From positions 128,001-192,000 of IMG/VR virus record IMGVR_UViG_3300028171_000090: DNA of 64,000 bases; one strand, 5' to 3'. This stretch comes from a virus. Its lineage: Duplodnaviria > Caudoviricetes. The notes beneath the pieces are model-generated. The model ran no database searches. It saw only the letters and a program-made list of their open reading frames with translations, and was not told where the DNA came from. The position numbers and the translations under genes are program-made. Shown in pieces: positions 19,595 to 29,193 of the stretch; the stretch's first letter is position 1; the number at the start of each line of letters is the position of its first letter.

Positions 19595-20086
19595 TTAATA
19601 TTTACTACGAGCATTTGTGTAATCTTCGTTAATACGATCAGTTGGAATATAAACGTATACTGTATTTGATTCTGTAATCTTTGCACCTTCCCAATGTGGT
19701 GAATAATCTTTACGTTTAATATTAACTTTTGTTGTAGTAAATACATCTTTCATAGATGCATTCTCTCTAGTTATAATCTTACCATTCTCTGTACGATAAT
19801 TACCTACAACATAATCTCCATGGAATGGTGTTACTGAGCGAACCGTTATAGTAGAACCAGTATCACGTTTTTCATAAGTCATCACATTACGTAATGCACG
19901 ATTTTTAAAATTAGTTCTACCTTGCTTTCCTACATGAATGTGAATACTTGTATTATCATCAATCATACGTTCAAGGAAATCAGCTTCATCTTGATTTAAT
20001 AACCCGTGGGATACAATCTCTTTCATCTTTTCAGTACCTGTTTTATAAATACTAGTATTTCCGAATAATGCTAATAAGTTCGTCAT
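19595..20086 (-). CDS. early hypothetical protein, paralog of 20265..20726
   Basis: Shares LL..E, IHVGK/VYYGK, ITxR...PxxG and VYIP/IYIP patterns with its neighbour. Confidence 0.75.
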   Translation of the reverse strand: MTNLLALFGNTSIYKTGTEKMKEIVSHGLLNQDEADFLERMIDDNTSIHIHVGKQGRTNFKNRALRNVMTYEKRDTGSTITVRSVTPFHGDYVVGNYRTENGKIITRENASMKDVFTTTKVNIKRKDYSPHWEGAKITESNTVYVYIPTDRINEDYTNARSKY

Positions 20087-20170
20087 GATAATATCTCCTT
20101 TAATCTATACATGTTTTTCATGTATAGTGAATATTGTTATGGACAACATTCAAACCTTTATTTGTCTACC

Positions 20171-20188
20171 TCACTATTATAATATATA
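20171..20188 (-). promoter_or_regulatory. early promoter-like motif
   Basis: TATATATTAT AATAG TGA. Confidence 0.6.
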
Positions 20189-20231
20189 TCTTAATATATG
20201 TTAATTACGATTTTATCTATGTTCCTAAAAA

Positions 20232-20257
20232 AATAAGAGAACCGAAGTTCTCTTATT
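20232..20257 (-). terminator. intrinsic terminator, UUCG loop
   Basis: AATAAGAGAAC TTCG GTTCTCTTATT plus T-tract. Confidence 0.75.
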
Positions 20258-20264
20258 GTTTCTC

Positions 20265-20726
20265 CTATAATCTATAGGAAGGAATGTAGATTGACATTCT
20301 CGATGAGAATGCGGATGGCTTAATAGTATTCTCTCTACTTTCCGCTGCATTTGTAGTCACCAGCATAACGGCGAAAACATCATCCATCTCAGGTACTTTC
20401 TTTTGTGTTTCCATGCCCACTTTATGGACAAGGGTGCCAAATTCAAACTCCCCAAATAATGGTATAATATCTCTAGTAGTAATAATCATGGTGTCATCCA
20501 CTTGGATAGCCGTGTCTATTATGGTAATCTCATTGTACTTGAATGGCTCCAAGAACTCTTTTCCATAATACACACTAAGTTCAGTTGTGTGGTTGATTTC
20601 GATTAATTTCTCCCACTCCTGTTTTGTGAGCAAGTTCTCATTCAATAGCGTATCTAATAACGCTCTTTGATGAATTCCTCTTGCACGTGTAACTTCTTCT
20701 CGGTTAACTAGTAAATGCTTTTCCAT
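20265..20726 (-). CDS. early hypothetical protein, paralog of 19595..20086
   Basis: See paralog; own promoter and terminator. Confidence 0.75.
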   Translation of the reverse strand: MEKHLLVNREEVTRARGIHQRALLDTLLNENLLTKQEWEKLIEINHTTELSVYYGKEFLEPFKYNEITIIDTAIQVDDTMIITTRDIIPLFGEFEFGTLVHKVGMETQKKVPEMDDVFAVMLVTTNAAESRENTIKPSAFSSRMSIYIPSYRL

Positions 20727-20812
20727 TTCTCTACTCCTTTATATATGACACCTCTTTTAGGACGTCATAGCATATTGTTTCGGACAACATGCAAACCTTG
20801 TTATGCTGTGCT

Positions 20813-20830
20813 ACACTAGTATAATGTATA
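20813..20830 (-). promoter_or_regulatory. early promoter-like motif
   Basis: TATACATTAT ACTAG TGT. Confidence 0.55.
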
Positions 20831-20903
20831 TTTGGAAAAGAGTCTATTCCGTTTTTCTATGATCCGGCAAAAAAGACGGTAGAGCCTAAGCTCTACCATC
20901 TAA

Positions 20904-21353
20904 TTATTTCTTAACTTTCTTAGCAACCTTTTTAGGTCCATTTAAGATACGTTGTTTGTTTTGACGAACACGAGAAGCTGCTTGTCCACGATACTTCTTC
21001 GTTAATTTGTCAAGAAGGTGTTTACGCACTTTCCAGATTGTAATAAGTTTCTTGAAGTCGCGGTCACCTTTCTCACGAGCAATTGCAAGAATTGCTTGAG
21101 ATTCAGCACGAGATAATTTTGCAGTTTTATCGAAACGTACAATTGTTTTCTCACTAAGCATACCTAAAGCTACTGCTTCATCATACTCAGGGCTTTGTAA
21201 GAACTCTGATAATTCTTCTTCAGTAAGCTCATCTTGTAAAATAGCTTCTGAGATTAATACATCGTTTTCTGGGTCTGCTTCAGTTAACTGAGCAGTAAGA
21301 CCCTCAATACCACTTTCATTTAAGATAGAAGTAATTTGAGTTAAATCAATCAT
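20904..21353 (-). CDS. late protein, probably processed head protein
   Basis: Start moved to ATG 21353 (SD AGGAGG); ILNE/S and LISE/A sites; acidic N-half, basic C-half. Confidence 0.65.
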   Translation of the reverse strand: MIDLTQITSILNESGIEGLTAQLTEADPENDVLISEAILQDELTEEELSEFLQSPEYDEAVALGMLSEKTIVRFDKTAKLSRAESQAILAIAREKGDRDFKKLITIWKVRKHLLDKLTKKYRGQAASRVRQNKQRILNGPKKVAKKVKK

Positions 21354-21405
21354 TTGAATACCTCCTAAGTAGTTACTCAATCCCAAAGAGATTAAGATTA
21401 TATAT

Positions 21406-21417
21406 TATAATCATGTT
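21406..21417 (-). promoter_or_regulatory. late promoter AACA-N6-TA
   Basis: AACA TGATTA TA. Confidence 0.6.
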
Positions 21418-21450
21418 AATACGTAATTTTTACAAATTGACTATTAATAA

Positions 21451-21462
21451 AACAATCCATTG
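21451..21462 (+). promoter_or_regulatory. late-type promoter AACA-N6-TG
   Basis: AACA ATCCAT TG upstream of polymerase gene. Confidence 0.55.
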
Positions 21463-21486
21463 AGAAAGAAAAGGAGGTAGAAAATT

Positions 21487-23427
21487 ATGGGAGCATTACA
21501 ATTAGATGACTATACCATGATACGCAAGTGGAAAAAGGAAATGAGACGATTACTAGGTATTCGTTATCCACAAGCGACAAGAAAGGAAATGGATAAATAT
21601 CTAGGAAGAAAACTAGATGAGCATTTGAAAGTGGAGGATGTAGAGTTTTATAATAACTACACAGGTACAAGGTACGCTTCATCCACTTTGGATATCACTG
21701 AATATTATTATAAAGTGAAACCAATTACGACAGAGCATGGTGTTCTATTTGACCCACATGCCGACAATCCAGCATCGAAGATGTTAATGAAATGGAAGTA
21801 CAGTCGTACAAACTATAAGAACTTAATGAAAGATTCACCAAAGGATTCATTCGAGTATTCCCTGTATGACTTGTATCAGTTACTAGAAAAGATTAAGTCA
21901 AACTCATACTACGGGGTATCAGGTGCAAGAACTTCTATATTCTATAATTTACATTCTGCTTTATCTGTAACAGGTAAAGGGCAAACATTAATATCTACTG
22001 CAATGATGTGCTTTGAAGCATTCATGGCAAATAACATCACGTTCCGTAATACAGATGAATGTCTTGTATTCATTAAGAACGTAGCAGGAGAAGCAAGAGA
22101 TAAGAAATTCAACGATAGAGTTGTATTAGATCGAAACATTGACATCGAACGAGTATATCGTAAACTAGCGGATACATTCGATGATGGTGTAGTAGTACGT
22201 CGAGACATTATCTTCCCAGTATTAGTTGGGTTAAACAAGTCTCAATTAAATTTACTATACTATAAGAATAACTTAATTGAGTTCTGTCGTAATGAAGGAA
22301 TCATGGAATTAATGAGAGACTTCATGTTACGTACAGAGGTATTCAATAACCCAGGTAAAGTCCCTGAGGATATTGTAGATGATGTAACATACCTATGGGA
22401 TATGGTTCATGAGTACGTATTCTATAACTATCCAACAATGGATAGAATTCATAGATTAAAAACGCAGAAACGTAAAGCAGTATTAATCATTGATACAGAC
22501 TCAAACTTTATCAATTTAGACCCATGGTATCAATTCGTAAAAGATGAAGTATTCGCAGGAATCGATGTGTCGCATAAAGACCCAACTGACTTCCGTTATA
22601 CGATTCTGTATACATGTGCATACTTCTTAGAGAAAGTTATTGAGAAGACATTATATCAATTCATGGTACATTGTAACGTACCGAAAGAACGTCGAGATAT
22701 GTTAACAATGAAGAATGAGTTCTTATTCGTACGTATCTTAATCACAGATAACAAAAAGAACTATGCTTCAGTCATAGAGTTCCGAGAAGGTAGTGCTATG
22801 GATAAACTCGATGTTAAAGGTCTAGCATTGACCAAATCAACAACGAACCGAAATGCTTCTAAGATATTCAAAGATATTCTAGAGAATGACATCTTACGTT
22901 CTGGTGAGATTGACTTACCACATATCTTACGAAGACTACATCAGTTCGAGCAAGAAATTCGAAACTCACTGAAAGCGGGTGAGACAACTTACTTGCAACC
23001 ATCGTCTGTAAAAGACTTTAATGCATATGACGATCCGTTGAAAATGCAGCAGGTTGTAGCAACTATCATGTGGAATACTGCGTTCCCAGAGAATGAGATT
23101 GTACCACCAGATAGTTTCTTTATTGTAAAAACAAATTTAACAAAGCTAAAAGATTTAGACCGAATCAAAGATATTGAACCTGTTATTTATGAGAGATTGA
23201 AGACAGAAATCTTTGAAGGTAACGAACGATTAGCGAAGAAAGGCGTCTACGTAATGGCTATACCGCGTGACGAGAAAGTACCTAGCTGGTTAACTCCATT
23301 CATCGATGTAGAAGAGATGACTACCACTACGATGAAGAGTATCATGCCAGTCTTGAAAGCTTTAGAGTTAGAATCAATTCATAACTCTGCAAGTGATGAT
23401 AATTACAGTAATGTCATATCCTTCTAA
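21487..23427 (+). CDS. family B DNA polymerase, C-terminal subunit of a split enzyme
   Basis: KIKSNSYYG (motif B), IDTDS (motif C), KKNY; no exonuclease domain or motif A seen. Confidence 0.85.
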   Translation: MGALQLDDYTMIRKWKKEMRRLLGIRYPQATRKEMDKYLGRKLDEHLKVEDVEFYNNYTGTRYASSTLDITEYYYKVKPITTEHGVLFDPHADNPASKMLMKWKYSRTNYKNLMKDSPKDSFEYSLYDLYQLLEKIKSNSYYGVSGARTSIFYNLHSALSVTGKGQTLISTAMMCFEAFMANNITFRNTDECLVFIKNVAGEARDKKFNDRVVLDRNIDIERVYRKLADTFDDGVVVRRDIIFPVLVGLNKSQLNLLYYKNNLIEFCRNEGIMELMRDFMLRTEVFNNPGKVPEDIVDDVTYLWDMVHEYVFYNYPTMDRIHRLKTQKRKAVLIIDTDSNFINLDPWYQFVKDEVFAGIDVSHKDPTDFRYTILYTCAYFLEKVIEKTLYQFMVHCNVPKERRDMLTMKNEFLFVRILITDNKKNYASVIEFREGSAMDKLDVKGLALTKSTTNRNASKIFKDILENDILRSGEIDLPHILRRLHQFEQEIRNSLKAGETTYLQPSSVKDFNAYDDPLKMQQVVATIMWNTAFPENEIVPPDSFFIVKTNLTKLKDLDRIKDIEPVIYERLKTEIFEGNERLAKKGVYVMAIPRDEKVPSWLTPFIDVEEMTTTTMKSIMPVLKALELESIHNSASDDNYSNVISF

Positions 23428-23454
23428 CGAAGGATATGGTTTTACATTTAAACT

Positions 23455-23466
23455 AACACTATACTA
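23455..23466 (+). promoter_or_regulatory. late-type promoter AACA-N6-TA
   Basis: AACA CTATAC TA. Confidence 0.6.
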
Positions 23467-23492
23467 ATTGAAATCTAAGGAGGAATACCACT

Positions 23493-24317
23493 ATGGCATT
23501 CGGAAATAATGGAAGACAAAACAATAATAATCAAGAGCAATCTACTAATACAAGAGGACCTCAAATGTACAATCGCGACAAAGAGCGTGGCTCAACATTA
23601 ATCTGTGGATTCTGGAATACAATGCAAACGATTAAAATTTGTCCAATCTTACCACAGGATAAACGCAGCGAATCTAAAATGTACAATTATGAAACATTCT
23701 TGACTTCAGCTCTTGTACCTGAAAAAGCTTATGCTTTAATGACAGGTATTAAGAAACATGTTTTACCAGCATTAGAGTCTGGTGAATTAGAATCAATTCG
23801 TAACGTTGGTGTACCAGTAGGAGAAGGATTCATTCAAATCTCTAACGGTCACTCATTAGGATATCCATTAGGTTTATACATAACTATCTTCAGTAAAATT
23901 GATGCTGAGAATGGTAGAGCAGAACAATGGTTATCATTTGAATTTACGCAATCTCCATACTTCTTAAACTACAATCATGAAGATGGAGACATTTCAAAAG
24001 AAGCAGAATACATGGACTTCGGTATCTTCATGAACTACTTAGCTGAAGGTATTAAAGCAAGTTCGCGTGCAGTAGCACATAGTGTACGTGACCAATACAA
24101 ATACGTTGATAATGGTCGTCGTAACGAAATCAAACAAATCATGGATAAGCTTGGTATTGAATCTAATAATGGATACAATAACAACAGAGGCAATAGCGGT
24201 GGTCAATCCAACGGATTCTTCGGCGGAGGTAAAATCAATAAGAACGAAGGCTCTGGCTTAGAAGAGAAAGAGATTGAATACAAAGACGCAAAAGACATGC
24301 CTCGCTTACCACTTTAA
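23493..24317 (+). CDS. candidate ssDNA-binding protein
   Basis: Follows polymerase; N/G-rich flexible tail with a charged end, as in SSBs; fold not confirmed. Confidence 0.35.
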   Translation: MAFGNNGRQNNNNQEQSTNTRGPQMYNRDKERGSTLICGFWNTMQTIKICPILPQDKRSESKMYNYETFLTSALVPEKAYALMTGIKKHVLPALESGELESIRNVGVPVGEGFIQISNGHSLGYPLGLYITIFSKIDAENGRAEQWLSFEFTQSPYFLNYNHEDGDISKEAEYMDFGIFMNYLAEGIKASSRAVAHSVRDQYKYVDNGRRNEIKQIMDKLGIESNNGYNNNRGNSGGQSNGFFGGGKINKNEGSGLEEKEIEYKDAKDMPRLPL

Positions 24318-24324
24318 TAACCTG

Positions 24325-24351
24325 ACGGATATACTTTCATAGTATATCCGT
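24325..24351 (+). terminator. intrinsic terminator
   Basis: 11-bp stem ACGGATATACT/AGTATATCCGT plus T-tract. Confidence 0.75.
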
Positions 24352-24376
24352 TATATTTTTTTATATAGGAGGAATT

Positions 24377-24817
24377 ATGATGGAAGACTACTGGTCAGCA
24401 TCACTAAGACTTGCTCGAAAGGAAAATAAAATATTAAGAGAGCAGGCAAAAGAAAAAGATTATGAGATTAAACGTCTAAGAGATAAATATGAATCAGACA
24501 TATCACCAATTAGACGAGAGATTGAAAAATGTACGTATATTGTATTACATAGTGGTATAAATGAAGAGATTGAAAAATACGGGGATAAATGTATAGTGCT
24601 ACATAATATCACATTCATGTTAATGGATCATCCTGAACTAGAAAAGCAATTCACAGATGTAGAGCAGTCTACTGAATGGTTGAGGAAAGGCTTTTATGAA
24701 TTCGCACTTAGTAAAAGAACCGAATACCCAGTATTGGAAACATTTGTACAATCGTATGGGAAGGCGGTAGAAAAAGATGAAAATGTACTTCGGAAAACTA
24801 GTCCAAGTTTCAGATAA
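24377..24817 (+). CDS. hypothetical protein, paralog of 25007..25411
   Basis: Shared EIKRLxDKYES segment. Confidence 0.7.
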   Translation: MMEDYWSASLRLARKENKILREQAKEKDYEIKRLRDKYESDISPIRREIEKCTYIVLHSGINEEIEKYGDKCIVLHNITFMLMDHPELEKQFTDVEQSTEWLRKGFYEFALSKRTEYPVLETFVQSYGKAVEKDENVLRKTSPSFR

Positions 24818-25007
24818 AGAGTCTGAAAAACTGAATGAGTTACAGATGAAACAGGTATTACAGAATAGAGTTGTTTCTATGTCTATGCGTAGCGCTAAAC
24901 CAAAATGTGATGCAAAACCGTATAAGAAAACTCGAATAACACATAATCCAATACGAGACGCATACCGTAAAGCATTAATAGAAGAATGGATAAAGGGGAG
25001 AAAGTAA
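24777..25007 (+). CDS. small basic hypothetical protein
   Basis: 76 aa, overlapping starts/stops with neighbours. Confidence 0.55.
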   Translation: MKMYFGKLVQVSDKESEKLNELQMKQVLQNRVVSMSMRSAKPKCDAKPYKKTRITHNPIRDAYRKALIEEWIKGRK

Positions 25008-25411
25008 TGTACTATAATTCAACATTTGAACTATATTACCATCATAGAGACGAAAAGGAAGTATTAAGAGAAAAAGTTAAAGAGCAGGAAGCTGAGATTA
25101 AACGTCTGAAAGATAAGTATGAATCAACACCAATAAGTAGATTAAAACATGTATACTATAATATTATAACATCGACAAGTGATCTTCGTGAGCATGTAGA
25201 ATACCTTAGTAGGTATACAATATTAGATCATATAGAATATATTTTTATAGAATATCCTGACTTAAAAAAACAGTTTGTAGATTTAACAGGAACGAGTAAA
25301 GAGCTTAAACAGAGATTCGATGATTTTATTCTTAATAATATAAAAGAGTACCCCGTTTTAGAAGAATACAGACATATTAGAGAATTGGGTGAGTATCTTG
25401 GATTTGAATAA
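25007..25411 (+). CDS. hypothetical protein, paralog of 24377..24817
   Basis: Start moved to ATG 25007 (SD AAGGGGAG). Confidence 0.7.
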   Translation: MYYNSTFELYYHHRDEKEVLREKVKEQEAEIKRLKDKYESTPISRLKHVYYNIITSTSDLREHVEYLSRYTILDHIEYIFIEYPDLKKQFVDLTGTSKELKQRFDDFILNNIKEYPVLEEYRHIRELGEYLGFE

Positions 25412-25619
25412 TACTTTAAAAGCAATATCTTCATTATCTAAATTAGAAATGATGGATATCATCATTAAGTTAAACGCTAAGAATAAGAAGCTTGAGAATA
25501 AGAATAGAGAGTTAAAACAGTCTATAAAGGACGAGAAGGAATATACTGAGTTATTACAAAACCAAGTATATGACCTTTGTTTTATTCCAGTAATGCGTCC
25601 TATAAAGGAGGAGAAATAA
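25389..25619 (+). CDS. small coiled-coil hypothetical protein
   Basis: 76-aa ORF, stop overlaps next start. Confidence 0.5.
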   Translation: MSILDLNNTLKAISSLSKLEMMDIIIKLNAKNKKLENKNRELKQSIKDEKEYTELLQNQVYDLCFIPVMRPIKEEK

Positions 25620-26386
25620 TGAGTAACGAAAACATTAAAGAGTTTGAAACGTACTCAGATTACATGGCAACGCGTGATGAAGTGTTTATTATGGGTTGGG
25701 ATAATATCTTCCAAGTCCCTGATATCTTCATCTTTAATAAAATTATCATGCAGAATAAAGAAGCGTATAATAAATACCTAAAGCTGGATTTATTACGTGA
25801 GTTTGACGAGTTTGCCGTTCAGCCTAAGTTATTAGAACGTAGTCATCGTAATCTCGTTGAATGGATAAAACGAGATGATATTTCAGATGAAGAGGCTGTT
25901 GAAGTATATTACACGTTACGTAATATGAGAGAAGAAATGTATAGAGAATCACCATTAACAGAATTTGCTACAGGCTTTGATGCTTTAGCAATGCATTCCT
26001 ATACAAAGAAAATTGTTATCATGATTCCAAGTAAAGACCAACGAATCATTGATAGAATCACATCTATTTTAGATGTGGATATTAACTCAAAAGTATTCTT
26101 TAGAGCACTGGAACCTAGTGAAGATATGTACAATGTTATCACTACAGAGTACCCAGAGTTTACTACCATGATTATGGACGATGTTAATCTGGTCGAGAAA
26201 CTTATGAACGAGACAGATGTCGAGCATAAGTCATTTGTACTACCTCAGACTGGATGGAACTTCGATTTAGAAGATGGTGTGATGAATGCAAAGAATAAAT
26301 TAGAGTTCCTAGCTGTAGAAAAGAATTGTAATTTAGGTTTCATGAAATTGATGGAATTTGAAGAGATTCATTACGGGGTAGGTTAA
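25619..26386 (+). CDS. hypothetical protein
   Basis: Start moved to ATG 25619 (SD AAGGAGG). Confidence 0.7.
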   Translation: MSNENIKEFETYSDYMATRDEVFIMGWDNIFQVPDIFIFNKIIMQNKEAYNKYLKLDLLREFDEFAVQPKLLERSHRNLVEWIKRDDISDEEAVEVYYTLRNMREEMYRESPLTEFATGFDALAMHSYTKKIVIMIPSKDQRIIDRITSILDVDINSKVFFRALEPSEDMYNVITTEYPEFTTMIMDDVNLVEKLMNETDVEHKSFVLPQTGWNFDLEDGVMNAKNKLEFLAVEKNCNLGFMKLMEFEEIHYGVG

Positions 26387-26411
26387 TCTATTAATAATTT
26401 ATCAATACCAT

Positions 26412-26423
26412 AACAAAGTATTA
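26412..26423 (+). promoter_or_regulatory. late promoter AACA-N6-TA
   Basis: AACA AAGTAT TA. Confidence 0.6.
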
Positions 26424-26469
26424 GTGATATATACACTAAACACTATATATTCCTGAGGAGGAACTGGAA

Positions 26470-28209
26470 ATGTTTAACAAAGAACACTTACGAGTTAACG
26501 TCGTGAACGACGTAGATACAAAACAATATGTACATGCAGTATTAGACTCTTTACATAGTACACTAGTATCGTCATTAGGACCTTACGGGTCTACTGCAAT
26601 CGTTCATGATCCGCAGGTTGGTCACTATATGACGAAGGATGGATTCTCTATCCTAAACAAAGTACGATATAATGACCCAATTCTAAATACATTATTATCC
26701 ATTATTCGTGAATCATCTCAACGCTTAGTTATGCGTGTGGGTGATGGTAGTACAACAAGTATTATCGCATCGAATTATATACATGGACAAATCGTTAAAC
26801 TGATTAACGATAACAAGTTAAACATTCGTCCAAAAGATTTAATCGACTTACTTCAAGAAGCGGTAGAACGTATCATTGAAGTAATCACAACAAAATATAC
26901 AAAACATGTTTCTGAAGATTTAAAAGAAATCGACCACATTGCTGCTGTATCATTAAACAATGATAAGAAGCTAGGTAAACTGGTTGGTGACATTTATCGT
27001 CAAGTTGGTTTCGACGGATTCGTTCGTGTGAAACTAAGTAAAACAAAAGAAACGACATTTGAAACATCACCTGGATTTGAAATTGATGCTGGTTACTTAG
27101 ATAAAGAGCTAGTTAATACAGATACAGATGAATGTCGTATCAATAACGTTCGTGTACTTATGTTTGATGGAGCTTTACAACCTGAAGATAAAGGCGTTGT
27201 AAATGCAGCTATTAACAATGTTAATGAAATGGCAAATAGTACAGGACATGCAGCAAGCTTAGTAATTATTGCACCAGGTTTAAGTTCTGAAATGTCTTCA
27301 TATCTTCGTCAAGTTGTTACATACAATTATACGAAAAAAGACATCCGTAACAATATCAATGTGATTAAGTTTGCTCTAGGTACAGAACATGACCAAGAGA
27401 GTTATCAGGACTTAGCTACAAAAACAGGTGCTACTATCGTTAAAAACAGTATGGGTGACCGTACAGTTGATATACTTGATGTATTCGGATTCGTAGGAGA
27501 AGTAACTTCTTCTTACCGTAATACAGTATTTACCGATTTCGTTAATGATACAGACATTGTTGAACGTGTGGCTATGCGTATCGGTACAATCCGTGCTGAA
27601 CGTCAACGCATGAAAGACGAAAATATCATTGATACTCGTAAAGAGTATGAGTTACAAAAACGTCTTGCAGTATTAGAAGGTAAATTAGTTACGCTTTATG
27701 TTGGTGGTAACAGTGACCATGAAAAAGCAACTACAAAATACCTTATCGATGATGCAGTATCAGCATGTAAGAGTGCAATGCGTCACGGTTATGTAATCGG
27801 TTGTAACTTAACAATTCCATTAGCTATTAAAGAACTTTTAAGCTCTGACTTAGAAGATAATATGGAAATTGCTTTACAATCAATCTACAAAGCATTCTTC
27901 TTTGTATTCACTGATGTGTACTTCAATAAACATACACGTCCAGTATTAGGTGAAGAAAAAGTTACACAAGAAGAATACGATCATTATGTAGCTACACTAA
28001 AAGAATTAGATGGACGAGTTGAATCTATCTTTACTGCTTGCTTAGAGCGTGAAGAAGCTTACAACATCATCACTGAAGAATTTACAGCTACAGATATTAT
28101 CAACTCTGCTGAAACAGAGATTGAAATCTTACGTAACGTTATCTCTATTATTTCGCTAGTTACTACAAGTAACCAATTTATTACAGCGAATGCAGAAACG
28201 TCACTATAA
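26470..28209 (+). CDS. groEL: phage GroEL-like chaperonin
   Basis: SLGPYG, TKDG, GDGSTT and DDAVSA motifs. Confidence 0.9.
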   Translation: MFNKEHLRVNVVNDVDTKQYVHAVLDSLHSTLVSSLGPYGSTAIVHDPQVGHYMTKDGFSILNKVRYNDPILNTLLSIIRESSQRLVMRVGDGSTTSIIASNYIHGQIVKLINDNKLNIRPKDLIDLLQEAVERIIEVITTKYTKHVSEDLKEIDHIAAVSLNNDKKLGKLVGDIYRQVGFDGFVRVKLSKTKETTFETSPGFEIDAGYLDKELVNTDTDECRINNVRVLMFDGALQPEDKGVVNAAINNVNEMANSTGHAASLVIIAPGLSSEMSSYLRQVVTYNYTKKDIRNNINVIKFALGTEHDQESYQDLATKTGATIVKNSMGDRTVDILDVFGFVGEVTSSYRNTVFTDFVNDTDIVERVAMRIGTIRAERQRMKDENIIDTRKEYELQKRLAVLEGKLVTLYVGGNSDHEKATTKYLIDDAVSACKSAMRHGYVIGCNLTIPLAIKELLSSDLEDNMEIALQSIYKAFFFVFTDVYFNKHTRPVLGEEKVTQEEYDHYVATLKELDGRVESIFTACLEREEAYNIITEEFTATDIINSAETEIEILRNVISIISLVTTSNQFITANAETSL

Positions 28210-28286
28210 ATCATATACAGGAGTAGTGTGGGAAACCATGCTACTCTACCTGTATATTGTCACATTAGAGGGGAGAAAAGGTTTCT

Positions 28287-29144
28287 ATGGTAGAAAAGAA
28301 AGATGATAACCAATCACAGTCCTTAAATGAAGCAATCGATTATAACATCAACGAGCATCGAGAGATGACCATCTTAGACTACTATACGAATCCATACGGT
28401 AAAGGTTCAACCTTCGTCAATGTAAAGAAGATGAAGGAAGATTTGGAATTACGTTATGATAAAATGCTGGCAACAGAACACGCTAAGCTAGTCAGTAAAG
28501 TATACCGTAAGGGGAGAAAAGATAAAGCTGAATTCTTTATCTTAGTACGGATTCCATCGGAATCTATCAGAGATTTATACTATGAAGTGGTAGTGCAATT
28601 ACTACCTTCAAGAGAAACAGAACATGCTAAGACTATCAATAACTATCGTGTCAAGTTCTTCTCGAACACACCTAGCTTCGTCTTTACATTCGCCTATACA
28701 TACAACGTACATAACTTAATTGTGGAAGATTGTAAGAAGAAGTTTAGTAAAGATAGTCTACGTAATAGTCCGATTATCCGTAACCAACATAACATGGTTG
28801 GTTTAGAGAAATCGATTTACTATGCGTGTCATTATATCATGAATAACTTATCTGATTTAGACACATTAGATAGAGTGGCTCATGATTATAATCCTAAGAA
28901 ATTCTTAGAACTCATCATGGATACAGATGAGAAGTTACAAGAGTACCGCGTGATGCAAAGAATAGCAAAAGAGAAAGAAGCCAAAGAAAAATCTTCATCT
29001 CAAGGCGTTATTCGTAGAAGCAAAAACGAAATTGAGAAACAACCAAAAGCGAGAACACCTCGTACCGAAAAGGCTACTGGAAAGTCTCCTATTACAGGGA
29101 AGGCTAAAAAGGCTAAGGTAAAAGGTAAAAAGAAATTAAAGTAA
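28287..29144 (+). CDS. hypothetical protein with basic tail
   Basis: 285-aa ORF with SD. Confidence 0.7.
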   Translation: MVEKKDDNQSQSLNEAIDYNINEHREMTILDYYTNPYGKGSTFVNVKKMKEDLELRYDKMLATEHAKLVSKVYRKGRKDKAEFFILVRIPSESIRDLYYEVVVQLLPSRETEHAKTINNYRVKFFSNTPSFVFTFAYTYNVHNLIVEDCKKKFSKDSLRNSPIIRNQHNMVGLEKSIYYACHYIMNNLSDLDTLDRVAHDYNPKKFLELIMDTDEKLQEYRVMQRIAKEKEAKEKSSSQGVIRRSKNEIEKQPKARTPRTEKATGKSPITGKAKKAKVKGKKKLK

Positions 29145-29193
29145 ATATTATAACTATGGATACGATACAAAATAGACTTGGGAGGAACAAACC

